A program made the position numbers and the translations under genes. A DNA stretch of 30,322 bases from Myxococcota bacterium (GTDB taxonomy: Bacteria > Myxococcota_A > SURF-8 > G963663525). Shown piece after piece: positions 16,684-26,777 of this stretch (positions are counted from its first letter, which is position 1; each line of letters opens with the position of its first letter). Below the pieces are notes generated by a model, which was not told the DNA's origin, did no database searches, and saw only the letters and a program-made list of their open reading frames with translations. The stretch spans positions 1 through 30,322 of the forward strand of contig CAXXVK010000039.1 of the NCBI GenBank assembly GCA_963676915.2, read 5' to 3'.

Positions 16684-18420
16684 TTACCGGCGAATCACTT
16701 GACCGTGCAATTTTTCGTCGTGGAAGCCGTTCGGGTCGAGCACGACCTGGCCGTTGATGGCGACGTATTCGATGCCGTCAGGGTACTGATCCGGGGCTTC
16801 CGTCGTTGAGTTCGAACGGATGGTCTTCGGATCGAACAGCACGAGATCGGCGTGGTATCCTTTTTCCACTTTGCCACGGTTTTTGATCTGCAATTGTTTC
16901 GCAGGCAATGACGTGCATTTCCGAATCGCTTCCCGCAGCGGGATGCCTTTGCCATCGAGCGAATAATTGCGCAGGAATTTTGGAAAACAATCGTAATAAA
17001 TGTGCGAAGGTCGTCCATAACCGATCAAAATGGTATCGGTGACGATGGAAACATTGGGATCGACCAGCGTTCCCTTCAGGCTCAACTCGATAAATGCATC
17101 TCCGGGATACGTGGCTGTTTCGAAAATAAGCACCCGGCCATCTTCATCCAACAGCAAGTCGCATACGGCATCGAAGGGATGCTTGCCTTGCTCTTTGCCG
17201 ATTTCGACGAAATTCTTTCCGATAAGGTGCTGGTTTTTCTCGGAAACGACGCTCATTACGAAAACGCTGCTCCAGCCCATGACCTTGAAGAAGTTCATCG
17301 ACCACGAGTTGCCTTCTCGGTGGGGCCATTTCGAATTCCCGGTTTCGATGTCGTGCAGGATCTTTTTTCGGGTCTGCGGGTCACGCAGGCGTTCGGTGAT
17401 TTCTTCGCGTGTGCCGTCGAGCACCCAGGGTGGGAAAAAGGCGATCAAGTGCGTGAAACCAGCGCTAGTAGGCATGGCATCCATACCGATCGGGTAGCCG
17501 TCTTCAATCCGTTTGCCGGTGAGGTCTAGAATAGGGCGCAAGCCGGTATCCAGGGGAAGATCGATTGGCATACGGTTGAAGAAGTCGGACCCAAGGGCGA
17601 CGATGCCATCCATGACACGATTGATCGGCCATGGGAAATTCGGCACCCAGAACATGTGGGACATCTGCACGGGGATTTCGGCTTCACGGCAGACGGCGAA
17701 AACTTCATCCACCGCTTTACCCAACGTATCGGAATTATAGCTGCGAAGATGCGATGTGAACACGCCGCCGTATTGGTGAATCGTATGACCCAGCTCGATA
17801 AGTTCTCGAGTATCCGACTGACTTCCGGGAAAATACTGCAGACCGGTGCTCATGCCGATCGCACCTTCTTCGAAGCAGCGTTCCAACTGGGTTTTCATGT
17901 GTTTCAGGTCGCGCCAGCTGGCCAGTTCTCGGCTGCTGCCCATGGCGTTCATGCGAAGAATTCCATGAGGCGCCAGTACGGCGAAATTGAGCAGGCTGCC
18001 CTGTTTTTCGACCGTGTCCAGCATTTCACCGAAACCGGACCAATGGATGATCGGTTCCGGGTCTTCACCGATGAACATATCGTAGAAAGCCATGGCGAAA
18101 TCACGGTTTTCTTCGCCGATGGGTGCGAATGATACACCACAATTGCCTCCGACAAACGTGGTGATACCCTGACGCACCAAAGGTTCCATCCGTTTCGAGT
18201 GGTCTTCCCGGACGATGGTGAAATCGGCGTGGGAATGCACATCGATAAATCCGGGGCATAACGCCAGTCCACTTGCATCGATTCTGCGGTTTGCTTCGGC
18301 GTCGGTCAAACGACCGATTTCAGTGATTTTATCGCCTTGAACACCTACATCAGCGCGGTAGGCACGTCGCCCCGTTCCATCGTAGATCTTCGCTTGTTCC
18401 ACAATCAGATCGAACTGCAT
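16684..18420 (-). CDS. N-acyl-D-amino-acid deacylase family amidohydrolase
   Basis: PGFIDVHSHAD, QGITTFVGGNCG (Cys ligand), GMSTGLQY, SHLR, SHM and RG.V..G..ADLVLFDP motifs. Confidence 0.9.
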   Translation of the reverse strand: MQFDLIVEQAKIYDGTGRRAYRADVGVQGDKITEIGRLTDAEANRRIDASGLALCPGFIDVHSHADFTIVREDHSKRMEPLVRQGITTFVGGNCGVSFAPIGEENRDFAMAFYDMFIGEDPEPIIHWSGFGEMLDTVEKQGSLLNFAVLAPHGILRMNAMGSSRELASWRDLKHMKTQLERCFEEGAIGMSTGLQYFPGSQSDTRELIELGHTIHQYGGVFTSHLRSYNSDTLGKAVDEVFAVCREAEIPVQMSHMFWVPNFPWPINRVMDGIVALGSDFFNRMPIDLPLDTGLRPILDLTGKRIEDGYPIGMDAMPTSAGFTHLIAFFPPWVLDGTREEITERLRDPQTRKKILHDIETGNSKWPHREGNSWSMNFFKVMGWSSVFVMSVVSEKNQHLIGKNFVEIGKEQGKHPFDAVCDLLLDEDGRVLIFETATYPGDAFIELSLKGTLVDPNVSIVTDTILIGYGRPSHIYYDCFPKFLRNYSLDGKGIPLREAIRKCTSLPAKQLQIKNRGKVEKGYHADLVLFDPKTIRSNSTTEAPDQYPDGIEYVAINGQVVLDPNGFHDEKLHGQVIRR

Positions 18421-18470
18421 ACCGCTACCTCTTTTGTTTGTTGGTCGATGCGTTGCGTCAATGAGACGTT

Positions 18471-18499
18471 AGCTTAGCGCAACAAGGGCATACGGTCAA
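18471..18499 (-). promoter_or_regulatory. Putative sigma70 promoter of the deacylase gene
   Basis: Minus strand TTGACC (18494-18499), 17 bp, TAAGCT (18471-18476), about 50 bp upstream of the ATG. Confidence 0.45.
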
Positions 18500-18607
18500 T
18501 CCGTGAGGCAGGGATTTGTATGGAGGAAATGCAATCAAAGTAAAAAAAATGCAATGATTGCAGTGAATAGGAAAAGATCCCATTGGGGGATTGGGATGGA
18601 TAGAAAT

Positions 18608-18638
18608 AAAAAAAGCCCCGCTCAATCGAGCGGGGCTT
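18608..18638 (-). terminator. Intrinsic terminator of pilA
   Basis: Stem AAGCCCCGCTC/GAGCGGGGCTT (18613-18638) with a 4-nt loop, followed by a U-run on the minus strand, 20 bp after the pilin stop. Confidence 0.9.
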
Positions 18639-18658
18639 AGCATCCGTTATAGCTAAGA

Positions 18659-19081
18659 TTAGCTATTCGTGCATTTCGTCAGGCTCATCTGGCCATCGCT
18701 GTTGGTCAGTTCGAGCGTGCAGTGCTTGACCGTGCCGAACGTGGTGCCGGAAACGGCGCGGTTCGTGGAACCGGAGGACTGTACGGTGTAGGTGTAGTAC
18801 GCCGGGCCCTTACCAACATACACGTCGGTGGCGGTGTCTACGTCACCGGACAGGTTGTAGTCCAAAGCAACGAGAGTCGTGGCATAGGTCTGGTTGCCAA
18901 GGAACGGGTGGTCATAGTAGGACAGCTGGGCGGTGCGGATGTCGCCAAGCACGTTGATCGCTTCTGCTTCACGGCTCTTCATGACGTAGTCACTGTAGGC
19001 CGGAAGGGCAACAGCGGCCAGAACGCCGATAATGGCAACAACGATCATCAGTTCGATCAGGGTGAAACCTTTTTTCATCAT
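18659..19081 (-). CDS. pilA: Type IVa major pilin
   Basis: Class III signal [29 protein letters not shown] with G-1, F1, E5 and P22; C-terminal Cys pair; strong RBS AAGGAGGAG; own promoter and terminator. The real start is 19081 (or 19078), not 19207. Confidence 0.93.
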   Translation of the reverse strand: MMKKGFTLIELMIVVAIIGVLAAVALPAYSDYVMKSREAEAINVLGDIRTAQLSYYDHPFLGNQTYATTLVALDYNLSGDVDTATDVYVGKGPAYYTYTVQSSGSTNRAVSGTTFGTVKHCTLELTNSDGQMSLTKCTNS

Positions 19082-19155
19082 CTCCTCCTTACAAAGAAAA
19101 AATCTCCTCCAGAACTTTTGATTTTCGTTCTGGCTCCAACGATGCCTTTCTTTAA

Positions 19156-19171
19156 AGCAACCATCGTGCCA
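19156..19171 (-). promoter_or_regulatory. Sigma54 (-24/-12) promoter of pilA
   Basis: Minus strand TGGCACGATGGTTGCT matches TGGCAC-N5-TTGC, 75 bp upstream of the pilin start. Confidence 0.9.
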
Positions 19172-19201
19172 TGTTTTTTTGGTGTTGAAAATATTCCGTT
19201 G

Positions 19202-19325
19202 TTTCAAGGAGTTGTACTATCTCTAATGCTGTTCTAATACAAAATGCGAGATGATCCTTTATAAAAAGTGACAAAATTTGTCCGTAAAGAATGGTCGGAG
19301 TTCAAGAAAAGTGACAAATAATGGC
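19202..19325. promoter_or_regulatory. Putative IHF site and two enhancer (PilR-type bEBP) sites upstream of the pilA sigma54 promoter
   Basis: TTTCAAGGAGTTG (19202-19214) is one mismatch from WATCAAN4TTR. Direct repeat AAAAGTGACAAA at 19264-19275 and 19307-19318, containing GACA-N5-TGTC (19270-19282) and GACA-N5-TGGC (19313-19325). Confidence 0.55.
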
Positions 19326-19800
19326 AATAAGTTCACATCGCGACTTTGGGGTGTAAAATATTCTGATACTTGAACCTTTCTTTTCCGAACAGGAGCGGGT
19401 GGAAAACGGAAATTGGCAGAATGGCATTTCATGAATTCACGTTGTCTTATTGATTGTAGTATTGGTAAATACATTATTCGTGCCATCTGGAGGAAGGCAA
19501 TTGCAGGACCAAGAATCGAAAAAATCGAATAAATCATGGATTTTTCGTGTTTTTTCGCTGTCAAACTGGTAAATTATATTGCGTTCGGATGGTGCCTGCG
19601 TTAAGAGCCTAATGGCTCGATTTTTTGTGCCGTGGTGGAGAGCGATTTATCGAACCGATCCGGGAGGTTGATCCGGAAAAGATTATGTTCTGTTCAATGC
19701 CTGTTTCGGGCATGGCAATCCACTTTTTTACCGGGGGGAAAGTCGGTGTTGAGCCGACGGTGTCAGGTTTGTTGGAATAATTCTATTTTGAGGTGTCCCC

Positions 19801-22800
19801 ATGAAGTTACCGAAGGTTGAGGCCAGAGTGGAATCGATGGACGGCAATGCTGCCGCCGCGACCAGCGCTCACGCCATGAGTGAGGTCATTGCTATTTATC
19901 CCATCACTCCTTCTTCGCCGATGGCGGAAGCCGCCGATGAGTTTTCGGCGAAAAATCGGGAAAACATTTTCGGACAAGTCCCGAGCGTCTATGAGATGCA
20001 GAGTGAAGGCGGTGCCGTTGCGGCAATTCATGGTGCAATGTCCGCTGGAACGTTGACCACGACGTTCACGGCCAGCCAGGGATTGTTGCTGATGATCCCG
20101 AGCATGTACAAAATCGCCGGTGAAATGACACCGACGCTGTTCAATGTCACGGCCCGGACAATCTCGTCCCATGCGCTGTCGATTTTCGGCGATCATTCCG
20201 ATGTTATGGCCTGCCGTCAGACCGGTTTTTCGATGATCGCTTCCAGCGACCAGCAAGAAATCATGGACCAGGCCGCTATCGGCATGGCGGCAGCGATCAA
20301 TTCGTCCATGCCGTTCTTGCATTTCTTTGACGGATTCCGTTCCTCGCATGAGATTTCCAAGGTCGAAACGCTTTCTTACGACACGATGCGCGCTCTTATC
20401 GACATGGAAGCACTTGCCCGTTTCCGTTCCCGTGCGCTCAATCCCGATCGTCCGACCTTGAAAGGAACGGCGATGAACCCGGATATCTGGTTCCAGGGTG
20501 CGGAAGCCCGCAATCCCGTGCACGATGCCATTCCGGGACATCTGCTGAAAGTTTACGAAGCTTTCGAAAAACTTACGGGTCGGAGTTATCGCCCCTACGA
20601 ATATTACGGTCATCCCGAAGCGGAAACCGTGCTGGTGATCATGGGTAGCGGTTCCAATGTGGCGCAGGAAACCGTCGAATTCCTCAATGATGCCCGTCAA
20701 ACAAAACTCGGATTGCTGAAAGTTCGTATGTATCGCCCGTTTGAGGCGAGTATGTTCATCGACGTGCTGCCCAAAACCGTCAAACAGGTTGCGGTACTCG
20801 ATCGTACCAAAGAACCTGGAAGTGTGGGCGAGCCGCTGTACCTCGACACTGTGGGAGCCTTCAGCGAGTCTCTGCGCGCCGGAAAAATCGACCACATGCC
20901 CGCGATCCTCGGCGGACGCTACGGGTTGTCCTCGAAAGACTTTACTCCGACGCAGATCAAGTCCGTGTTCGATCACATGGATTCGAACGATCCCGCCAAC
21001 TGGATTCAGGGATTTACGGTGGGTATCGAAGACGATCTGTCCGGGCGCTCGTTGCCGGTTCAGGAAGAAATCGATACCGAGAAGAGCAGTGTCAGCCGCT
21101 TGAAATTCTGGGGACTCGGTTCCGATGGTACGGTTGGAGCGAACAAGAACTCCATCAAGGTCATCGGTGACAATTCCGATAAATACGTACAGGCGCATTT
21201 CGTCTACGACTCGAAGAAAGCCGGCGGAACGACCGTCAGCCACCTGCGGTTCTCGGACGATCCGATCCTGTCGAACTATGAAATCAACAACCCCAACTTC
21301 ATCGCCATTCACAACCGGGAATTCCTGGGTAAATACGACCTGTTGGAAGGTCTGGTCGAAGGCGGAACGGTGTTGATCAATACCGATATTCCCAATGAAG
21401 AAGTCTTTGCTTCCTTCCCGGAACAAGATCAGCGCACGATGATCGAAAAGAAAGCGAAACTATACGCAATCGACGCGCACAAAGTCGTTCGCGAGTTGGG
21501 ATTGCCGGGACGCATCAACACCACGATGCAGGCGGCATTCTTCAAGATCGCCGATATTCTTCCCAAAGACGTGTACGTTCCCGCCGTCGAGGAACGAATT
21601 GCCAAAACCTTTGCCAAAAAAGGTCAGAAGGTTGTGGACATCAACCTGGCAGCATTCCGGCGCGGCTTGGATTCCTTCGTGGAAATCCCGGTGCCTGCCA
21701 CTCCTGTGATTTCCAGCGCTGCGATTCCCGAAATTCATGTGGCCGAAGGCGACGAGGCGATTTCCGGGACGATCAACAACATTATTATACCGATCATGCA
21801 GTTACAGGGTGACCGGATTCCGGTTTCGAAGGTTCCCGCCGACGGCGTGTTCCCGACCGGAACGACCAAGTACGAAAAACGCAGCATCGCAACCTACGTT
21901 CCCAAATGGGACCAGGATTTGTGCATTCAGTGCGGATATTGTGCTTTTGCATGTCCCCACGCCGCGATTCGTCTGAAAGTTTCCAAAGCGGACGAAATTC
22001 AGATGGATGGTTACGAGACCATTCAACTCAAAGGCAAGGGTGCCGCCGAAGACGATCGCTGGCGCGTCCAGGTTTATCCCGACGACTGCACCGGCTGTGG
22101 CGTATGCGCGGAAGTCTGCTTGGGTAAAAACAAGGAAACCGGCGTAAAATCTCTCACAATGGTTCCGAAAGGCGAAGTCCTCGCGGAACATCGTGCCACC
22201 CTTCAGGAATTCGAAAGACTGCCGGAAAGCCCCGCCCAGTTCGCCAACAAGGCGCTGGTCAAGGGTGTGCAGCTTGTAGATCCGCTGTTCGAGTTCTCCG
22301 GAGCCTGCGGCGGTTGCGGCGAGACGCCGTACGTGAAACTGGCGACGCAGCTTGTGGGTGACCGAATGATTCAGGCCAACGCCACCGGCTGTTCCTCGAT
22401 CTACGGCGGAACCGCTCCGACGGTGCCGTATACCCGCAATCCTCTGGGACGCGGACCGGCCTGGGCTTCGTCTCTGTTCGAAGATAACGCCGAGTTTGGC
22501 TTGGGTATCCGGCTAGGTGTCGAATACCTCCAGGAGACCGCCTGGAACCTGCGTGGGCAGCTTCTTGAAGATTCCGGTACTACCGCCGAGCTGCGGGAAG
22601 CGCTGGAAGCCATTGCTCCGTTGGAAGAGCAGGAGAAAAGCGACGACGTCTACAAGACCTCCAAAGCGGCGGCGGATCGTGTAACCAAACTGCTGGCCGG
22701 AGCTACGGACGGTGCAGGCGAGGAATTATCCAAGCTCGCAACCTACCTTACGGATGTCAAAGTGATGATCGTCGGTGGTGACGGTTGGGCCTACGACATC

Positions 22801-23421
22801 GGATACGGCGGACTGGATCACGTCATTGCCTCGGGCAAAAACGTCAATATCCTGGTGCTCGATACCGAAGTGTATTCCAACACCGGCGGACAGCGTTCGA
22901 AATCCACCTTCATCGGCGGTGTGGCGAAATTCGCGGCCAAGGGCAAGGAAAACCACAAGAAAGACCTTGGCATGATGGCCATGAACTACCGGGACGTGTA
23001 TGTGACCTCCATTGCGTTTGGTGCGAGCATGCAGCAGACCTTGAAGGGAATGCGCGAAGCGGTGGAATACCCCGGGACGTCGTTGATCATCGCCATGTCC
23101 ACTTGTATCGAGCACGGCGTGCCGATGGCCAAGGGACCGGAGTTGAGCAAGCTGGCTGTCGATACCGGATACTGGCTGCTGTATCGTTACGATCCGCGCC
23201 GTCTGGCCGAAGGCAAAAATCCGCTCCAACTCGATTCGAAAGAGCCGAAAAAGGATGTCGCCGAATTCCTCAACCGCGAGCGTCGCTTCAAACGGTTGCT
23301 GGACGAGCGTCCCGAGCGTGGTGAAACGCTGTTCAAAGAGGCGCAACGCTTCGTTTCCAATCGCTACGGTTATTACAAGAAACTTTCCGAAATGAGCTTC
23401 GAGGATTGGATTCTTCGCTAA
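19801..23421 (+). CDS. nifJ: Pyruvate:ferredoxin (flavodoxin) oxidoreductase, single-chain
   Basis: YPITPSS, EMQSEGGA, GLGSDGTVGANK, two ferredoxin motifs (CIQCGYCAFACP, CTGCGVCAEVC), GACGGCGE, NATGCSSIYGG and TPP motif GDGWAYDIG..GLDHV. Confidence 0.97.
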   Translation: MKLPKVEARVESMDGNAAAATSAHAMSEVIAIYPITPSSPMAEAADEFSAKNRENIFGQVPSVYEMQSEGGAVAAIHGAMSAGTLTTTFTASQGLLLMIPSMYKIAGEMTPTLFNVTARTISSHALSIFGDHSDVMACRQTGFSMIASSDQQEIMDQAAIGMAAAINSSMPFLHFFDGFRSSHEISKVETLSYDTMRALIDMEALARFRSRALNPDRPTLKGTAMNPDIWFQGAEARNPVHDAIPGHLLKVYEAFEKLTGRSYRPYEYYGHPEAETVLVIMGSGSNVAQETVEFLNDARQTKLGLLKVRMYRPFEASMFIDVLPKTVKQVAVLDRTKEPGSVGEPLYLDTVGAFSESLRAGKIDHMPAILGGRYGLSSKDFTPTQIKSVFDHMDSNDPANWIQGFTVGIEDDLSGRSLPVQEEIDTEKSSVSRLKFWGLGSDGTVGANKNSIKVIGDNSDKYVQAHFVYDSKKAGGTTVSHLRFSDDPILSNYEINNPNFIAIHNREFLGKYDLLEGLVEGGTVLINTDIPNEEVFASFPEQDQRTMIEKKAKLYAIDAHKVVRELGLPGRINTTMQAAFFKIADILPKDVYVPAVEERIAKTFAKKGQKVVDINLAAFRRGLDSFVEIPVPATPVISSAAIPEIHVAEGDEAISGTINNIIIPIMQLQGDRIPVSKVPADGVFPTGTTKYEKRSIATYVPKWDQDLCIQCGYCAFACPHAAIRLKVSKADEIQMDGYETIQLKGKGAAEDDRWRVQVYPDDCTGCGVCAEVCLGKNKETGVKSLTMVPKGEVLAEHRATLQEFERLPESPAQFANKALVKGVQLVDPLFEFSGACGGCGETPYVKLATQLVGDRMIQANATGCSSIYGGTAPTVPYTRNPLGRGPAWASSLFEDNAEFGLGIRLGVEYLQETAWNLRGQLLEDSGTTAELREALEAIAPLEEQEKSDDVYKTSKAAADRVTKLLAGATDGAGEELSKLATYLTDVKVMIVGGDGWAYDIGYGGLDHVIASGKNVNILVLDTEVYSNTGGQRSKSTFIGGVAKFAAKGKENHKKDLGMMAMNYRDVYVTSIAFGASMQQTLKGMREAVEYPGTSLIIAMSTCIEHGVPMAKGPELSKLAVDTGYWLLYRYDPRRLAEGKNPLQLDSKEPKKDVAEFLNRERRFKRLLDERPERGETLFKEAQRFVSNRYGYYKKLSEMSFEDWILR

Positions 23422-23447
23422 ACCGCTCTTTCACTCTTACGTTTCTT

Positions 23448-23476
23448 ACGCCCCCTTTTCGAAGGGGGCGTTTTTT
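23448..23476 (+). terminator. Intrinsic terminator of PFOR
   Basis: ACGCCCCCTT-TTCG-AAGGGGGCGT followed by a T-run, 26 bp after the stop. Confidence 0.92.
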
Positions 23477-23680
23477 GTGGGAAAATCGTTGGCTCAGTGG
23501 TTTTCACGTTTTACGCGATGGAATAGGATGCAATCCCCGTCCGTCAAAGTGGCGATCACGATTGTGTAAATCAGGGAAACAAAGCATCATTTAAAAATAC
23601 GAACAATACAGCCGAAAATTTCATGTTCGAAAAGATAGGGGAGTGTCGAAAAGAGGCAGGAAAAATCAAGAAGAACAAAT

Positions 23681-23705
23681 AAAAAAGGCCGGGAAAACCC
23701 GGCCT
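23681..23705 (-). terminator. Intrinsic terminator (candidate sRNA and probably leuS read-through)
   Basis: Minus strand AGGCCGGG-TTTT-CCCGGCCT followed by TTTTT. Confidence 0.88.
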
Positions 23706-23766
23706 GAAAGAGCAGCTACTCTGCCACTTGGGGGGGACGGTGGGACTCTAAAGCAGCTACCCTCTG
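23681..23766 (-). ncRNA. Candidate ~86-nt small regulatory RNA with a C-rich apical loop
   Basis: Bounded by a sigma70-like promoter and a terminator. An 11-bp stem (23753-23763 with 23709-23719) pairs fully only on the minus strand (3 G-U). Inner CCAC/GTGG stem with loop CGUCCCCCCCAA. Confidence 0.65.
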
Positions 23767-23772
23767 AGATTG

Positions 23773-23801
23773 ATTGTGCCGTGGGGCGTGACTTTTGTCA
23801 A
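23773..23801 (-). promoter_or_regulatory. Sigma70-type promoter of the candidate sRNA
   Basis: Perfect TTGACA (23796-23801), 17 bp, CACAAT (23773-23778) on the minus strand. Confidence 0.65.
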
Positions 23802-23894
23802 GTATAATAGACGAAAATTCCCGAACTTTGCCCTAAAAGTCCGTAGCAAAGGTTTTCCGTGGCGACTGACACGGAAAACCTGACGCGGTTAGTG

Positions 23895-26423
23895 TCATTT
23901 TACCACGAAATTGACCAGCCGCCCCGGAACGTAGATCTCCTTTTTTAAATCGCCTTTCTCAAGGTAGGACATCACTTTTTCGTCCTGCTTGGCGATTTCC
24001 AGCACGTCTTTCGCTTCGGCATCCGCCGGAACCTTGATTTCGGTCCGCCGCTTGCCGTTGATCTGTATAGCGATCGGAATCAGGCTTTCGGTGAGCCACT
24101 GTTCGTCGTATGTGGGCCAGGATGCATAGGTCAGGATTTCGTCGTGACCGAGACATTGCCAGAGTTCTTCGCCGATGTGTGGCGCAAACGGGGTAAGCAG
24201 CTTGACGAAATCTTCCATTGCCGTTTTCGCCAGCGTTTCCATTTTGTAGGCGTCGTTGGTGAATTCCATCATTTTCGCAATGGCGGTGTTGAAGCGCAAT
24301 TCATCGAGTTCTTCAGTCACCTTGGCGATGGTCCGATGCAGCAGGCGGTTCATGTCCTCGGTGGGTTCTTCATCGACAATCGCCGGGTTGACTTCGCCGT
24401 TCTTGATGAACAGCCGCCATACGCGACCCAAGAAACGGTAAACACCCTCGATGCCTTCTTCGGTCCACACCACATCGCGGTCCAGCGGCCCCATGAACAT
24501 CTCGTACATTCGCATAGCGTCCGCACCGTAGCGTTCGATTACGTCGTCCGGATTGACCACGTTGTAACGAGATTTGCTCATTTTTTCCATTTTGACATCC
24601 AACGGCTCATTGGTTTCTTTGAGCACGTAGCCGTTGCCGTCGGAGTCTCGCTGTACCTCGTGGGGATAGTGGTACTTTCCGCGTTCGTCCCGGTAGGAAT
24701 ACGCCAGCACCATGCCCTGATTGACGAGTTTCTGGAACGGCTCTTTCGTGTGCGCCCATCCGGCGTCGAAAAGCACTTTGTGCCAGAAACGAGCGTACAG
24801 CAGGTGCAACACCGCGTGTTCCGCACCACCAAGGTACAGATCCACCGGCATCCAGTATTTTTCCTTGTCCTTGTCGTAAGGAGCGAGATCGTTGAACGGA
24901 TCGAGGTAACGCAGGTAATACCAGCAACTTCCCGCCCATTGCGGCATGGTATTGGTTTCACGTTTGGCGGGTTTTCCTGTTTCGGGATCGGTGGTTTGTA
25001 CCCATTCCTCAGCCCGGGCCAGTGGCGGACGCCCATCCTCGGTGGGACGGTATTCGTCCAACTCGGGAAGCAGAACGGGAAGATCCTCGGCCCGCAACGC
25101 TTTGACGGTACCATCTTCCAGCTCGATTACCGGGAAAGGCTCGCCCCAGTAACGTTGCCGGGAGAACAACCAGTCGCGCAGACGATAGTTGACCGTCGCT
25201 TTGCCCACGCCCTGTTCTTCGAGCATCGCAATGATTTTCTTTTTGGCTTCCGGGGTGGAAAGACCGGTCAGAGGACCGGAATTGATGCTTGTGCCGTTGC
25301 CGGTAAACCCAAGAGATTCCTCACTTTTCGGAGCTTCGACGACCAGTTTGACCGGAAGGTCGAACTTTTGGGCGAATTCCAGGTCGCGGGTGTCGTGGGC
25401 GGGAACGGCCATGATCGCTCCTGTTCCGTAACCCATCAGCACGTAATCGGCGACCCAGATCGGGATCTGCTCGCCATTGACGGGATTCACCGCATAAGCA
25501 CCAGTAAAGACACCGGTTTTCTCGCGCTCCTCGTCCATCCGGTCTTTGTCGCTTTTTTGTGCAGCCTCCGCCACATAGTCAGCAACGGCGTCCCTCTGTT
25601 CGTCGGAGACGATGTCGTTTACGAAGGGATGTTCGGGGGAAAAGACGCAGTAGGTTGCACCGAACAGCGTATCCGGGCGGGTGGTGAACACGGTAAAGCG
25701 CTTGTCGGTGCTGTGGATATCGAACACGACATCCGCGCCGGTGGATTTACCGATCCAGTTGCGCTGCATTTCCTTTACGCCGTCGGTCCAGTCCAGCAAG
25801 TCGAGATCTTCGAGCAGACGTTCGGCATACGCTGTGATTTTCAGCATCCATTGCTTCATTTTGCGCTTTTCGACCGGATCGCCGGTTTCGACGTAGCAGC
25901 CGTCTTTGACCTCTTCATTGGCCAGAACGGTTCCCTGGGCCGGGCACCAGTTGACATCCACCTCGGCTTGATAGGCCAGTCCCGCTTCGTACAATTTCAG
26001 GAAAATCCATTGGGTCCAGCGATAGTATTCGGCGCTGGAGGTGTCGATTTCGCGGTCCCAGTCGTAGGAAAAGCCTAGTTTTTTGATCTGGCTTCGGAAA
26101 TGATCCGTATTCTTTTTGGTGGTGATCGCCGGATGCTGGCCGGTGCGCATGGCGTGGCGCTCGGCGGGTAGACCGAAGGCATCCCAGCCCATCGGGTGCA
26201 GGACATTGAAACCTTGCATTCTTTTGTAACGGCTGACGATATCCGTTGCAGTGTATCCCTCGGGGTGACCGACGTGCAGACCGTCACCGGAAGGATAAGG
26301 GAACATGTCCAATACGTAATATTTAGGCTTGGAAGGATCTTCCGTGCACTTGAAAATCTTGTTTTCTTCCCAGAATTTCTGCCATTTCGCTTCGATTTCA
26401 CCTGGGCGATAGCGTTCGTCCAT
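23895..26423 (-). CDS. leuS: Leucine--tRNA ligase
   Basis: MFPYPSG.GLHVGH (HIGH), [10 protein letters not shown], editing-domain [10 protein letters not shown] and [28 protein letters not shown]. Start ATG 26423 after GAGGGG. Confidence 0.97.
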   Translation of the reverse strand: MDERYRPGEIEAKWQKFWEENKIFKCTEDPSKPKYYVLDMFPYPSGDGLHVGHPEGYTATDIVSRYKRMQGFNVLHPMGWDAFGLPAERHAMRTGQHPAITTKKNTDHFRSQIKKLGFSYDWDREIDTSSAEYYRWTQWIFLKLYEAGLAYQAEVDVNWCPAQGTVLANEEVKDGCYVETGDPVEKRKMKQWMLKITAYAERLLEDLDLLDWTDGVKEMQRNWIGKSTGADVVFDIHSTDKRFTVFTTRPDTLFGATYCVFSPEHPFVNDIVSDEQRDAVADYVAEAAQKSDKDRMDEEREKTGVFTGAYAVNPVNGEQIPIWVADYVLMGYGTGAIMAVPAHDTRDLEFAQKFDLPVKLVVEAPKSEESLGFTGNGTSINSGPLTGLSTPEAKKKIIAMLEEQGVGKATVNYRLRDWLFSRQRYWGEPFPVIELEDGTVKALRAEDLPVLLPELDEYRPTEDGRPPLARAEEWVQTTDPETGKPAKRETNTMPQWAGSCWYYLRYLDPFNDLAPYDKDKEKYWMPVDLYLGGAEHAVLHLLYARFWHKVLFDAGWAHTKEPFQKLVNQGMVLAYSYRDERGKYHYPHEVQRDSDGNGYVLKETNEPLDVKMEKMSKSRYNVVNPDDVIERYGADAMRMYEMFMGPLDRDVVWTEEGIEGVYRFLGRVWRLFIKNGEVNPAIVDEEPTEDMNRLLHRTIAKVTEELDELRFNTAIAKMMEFTNDAYKMETLAKTAMEDFVKLLTPFAPHIGEELWQCLGHDEILTYASWPTYDEQWLTESLIPIAIQINGKRRTEIKVPADAEAKDVLEIAKQDEKVMSYLEKGDLKKEIYVPGRLVNFVVK

Positions 26424-26777
26424 GCCTGTTTCCCCTCGGTTTGAATGCGTTCGTCGCGGCGAGAAGGTTGGGTGGAGAATTCCAGACTCCCATAAAGCCG
26501 CGATACGATGCGGTTTTTTCACGGGGCGGAAAAGGTTCCCGTTCCCCAAACAATCTTAAAACTATTAGCCGGAAACCAGCCAAAGATCAACCGTTGGAAC
26601 CGCCTTTCTCCTCGCATCACAGGCTTTTTCGAAAAAAAACACTCTGACTCTTGAATCCAAGGACGTGGACGATTAGAGTGGGAGCGTTTGGTAATGTTGC
26701 ATCGCGTCAAAAGAGATGGCGTGTTTTCGTAACGTATCCTTCTTCTGTGTCAACCGTGACGAAAGCGGTACCTTTCG

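Noticed and set aside
19807-21426. 539-aa antisense ORF within PFOR
   Set aside because: Shadow ORF opposite a conserved, codon-biased gene; no recognisable motifs.
23709-23763. AGCAGCTAC direct repeats as a CRISPR remnant or operator
   Set aside because: Too short; better explained as the two arms of the G-U-containing RNA stem.
24144-26078. 644-aa antisense ORF within leuS
   Set aside because: Antisense shadow of a housekeeping gene with no protein features.
26424-26777. T-box leader upstream of leuS
   Set aside because: No convincing GGTGGNACCGCG T-box or terminator on the minus strand.
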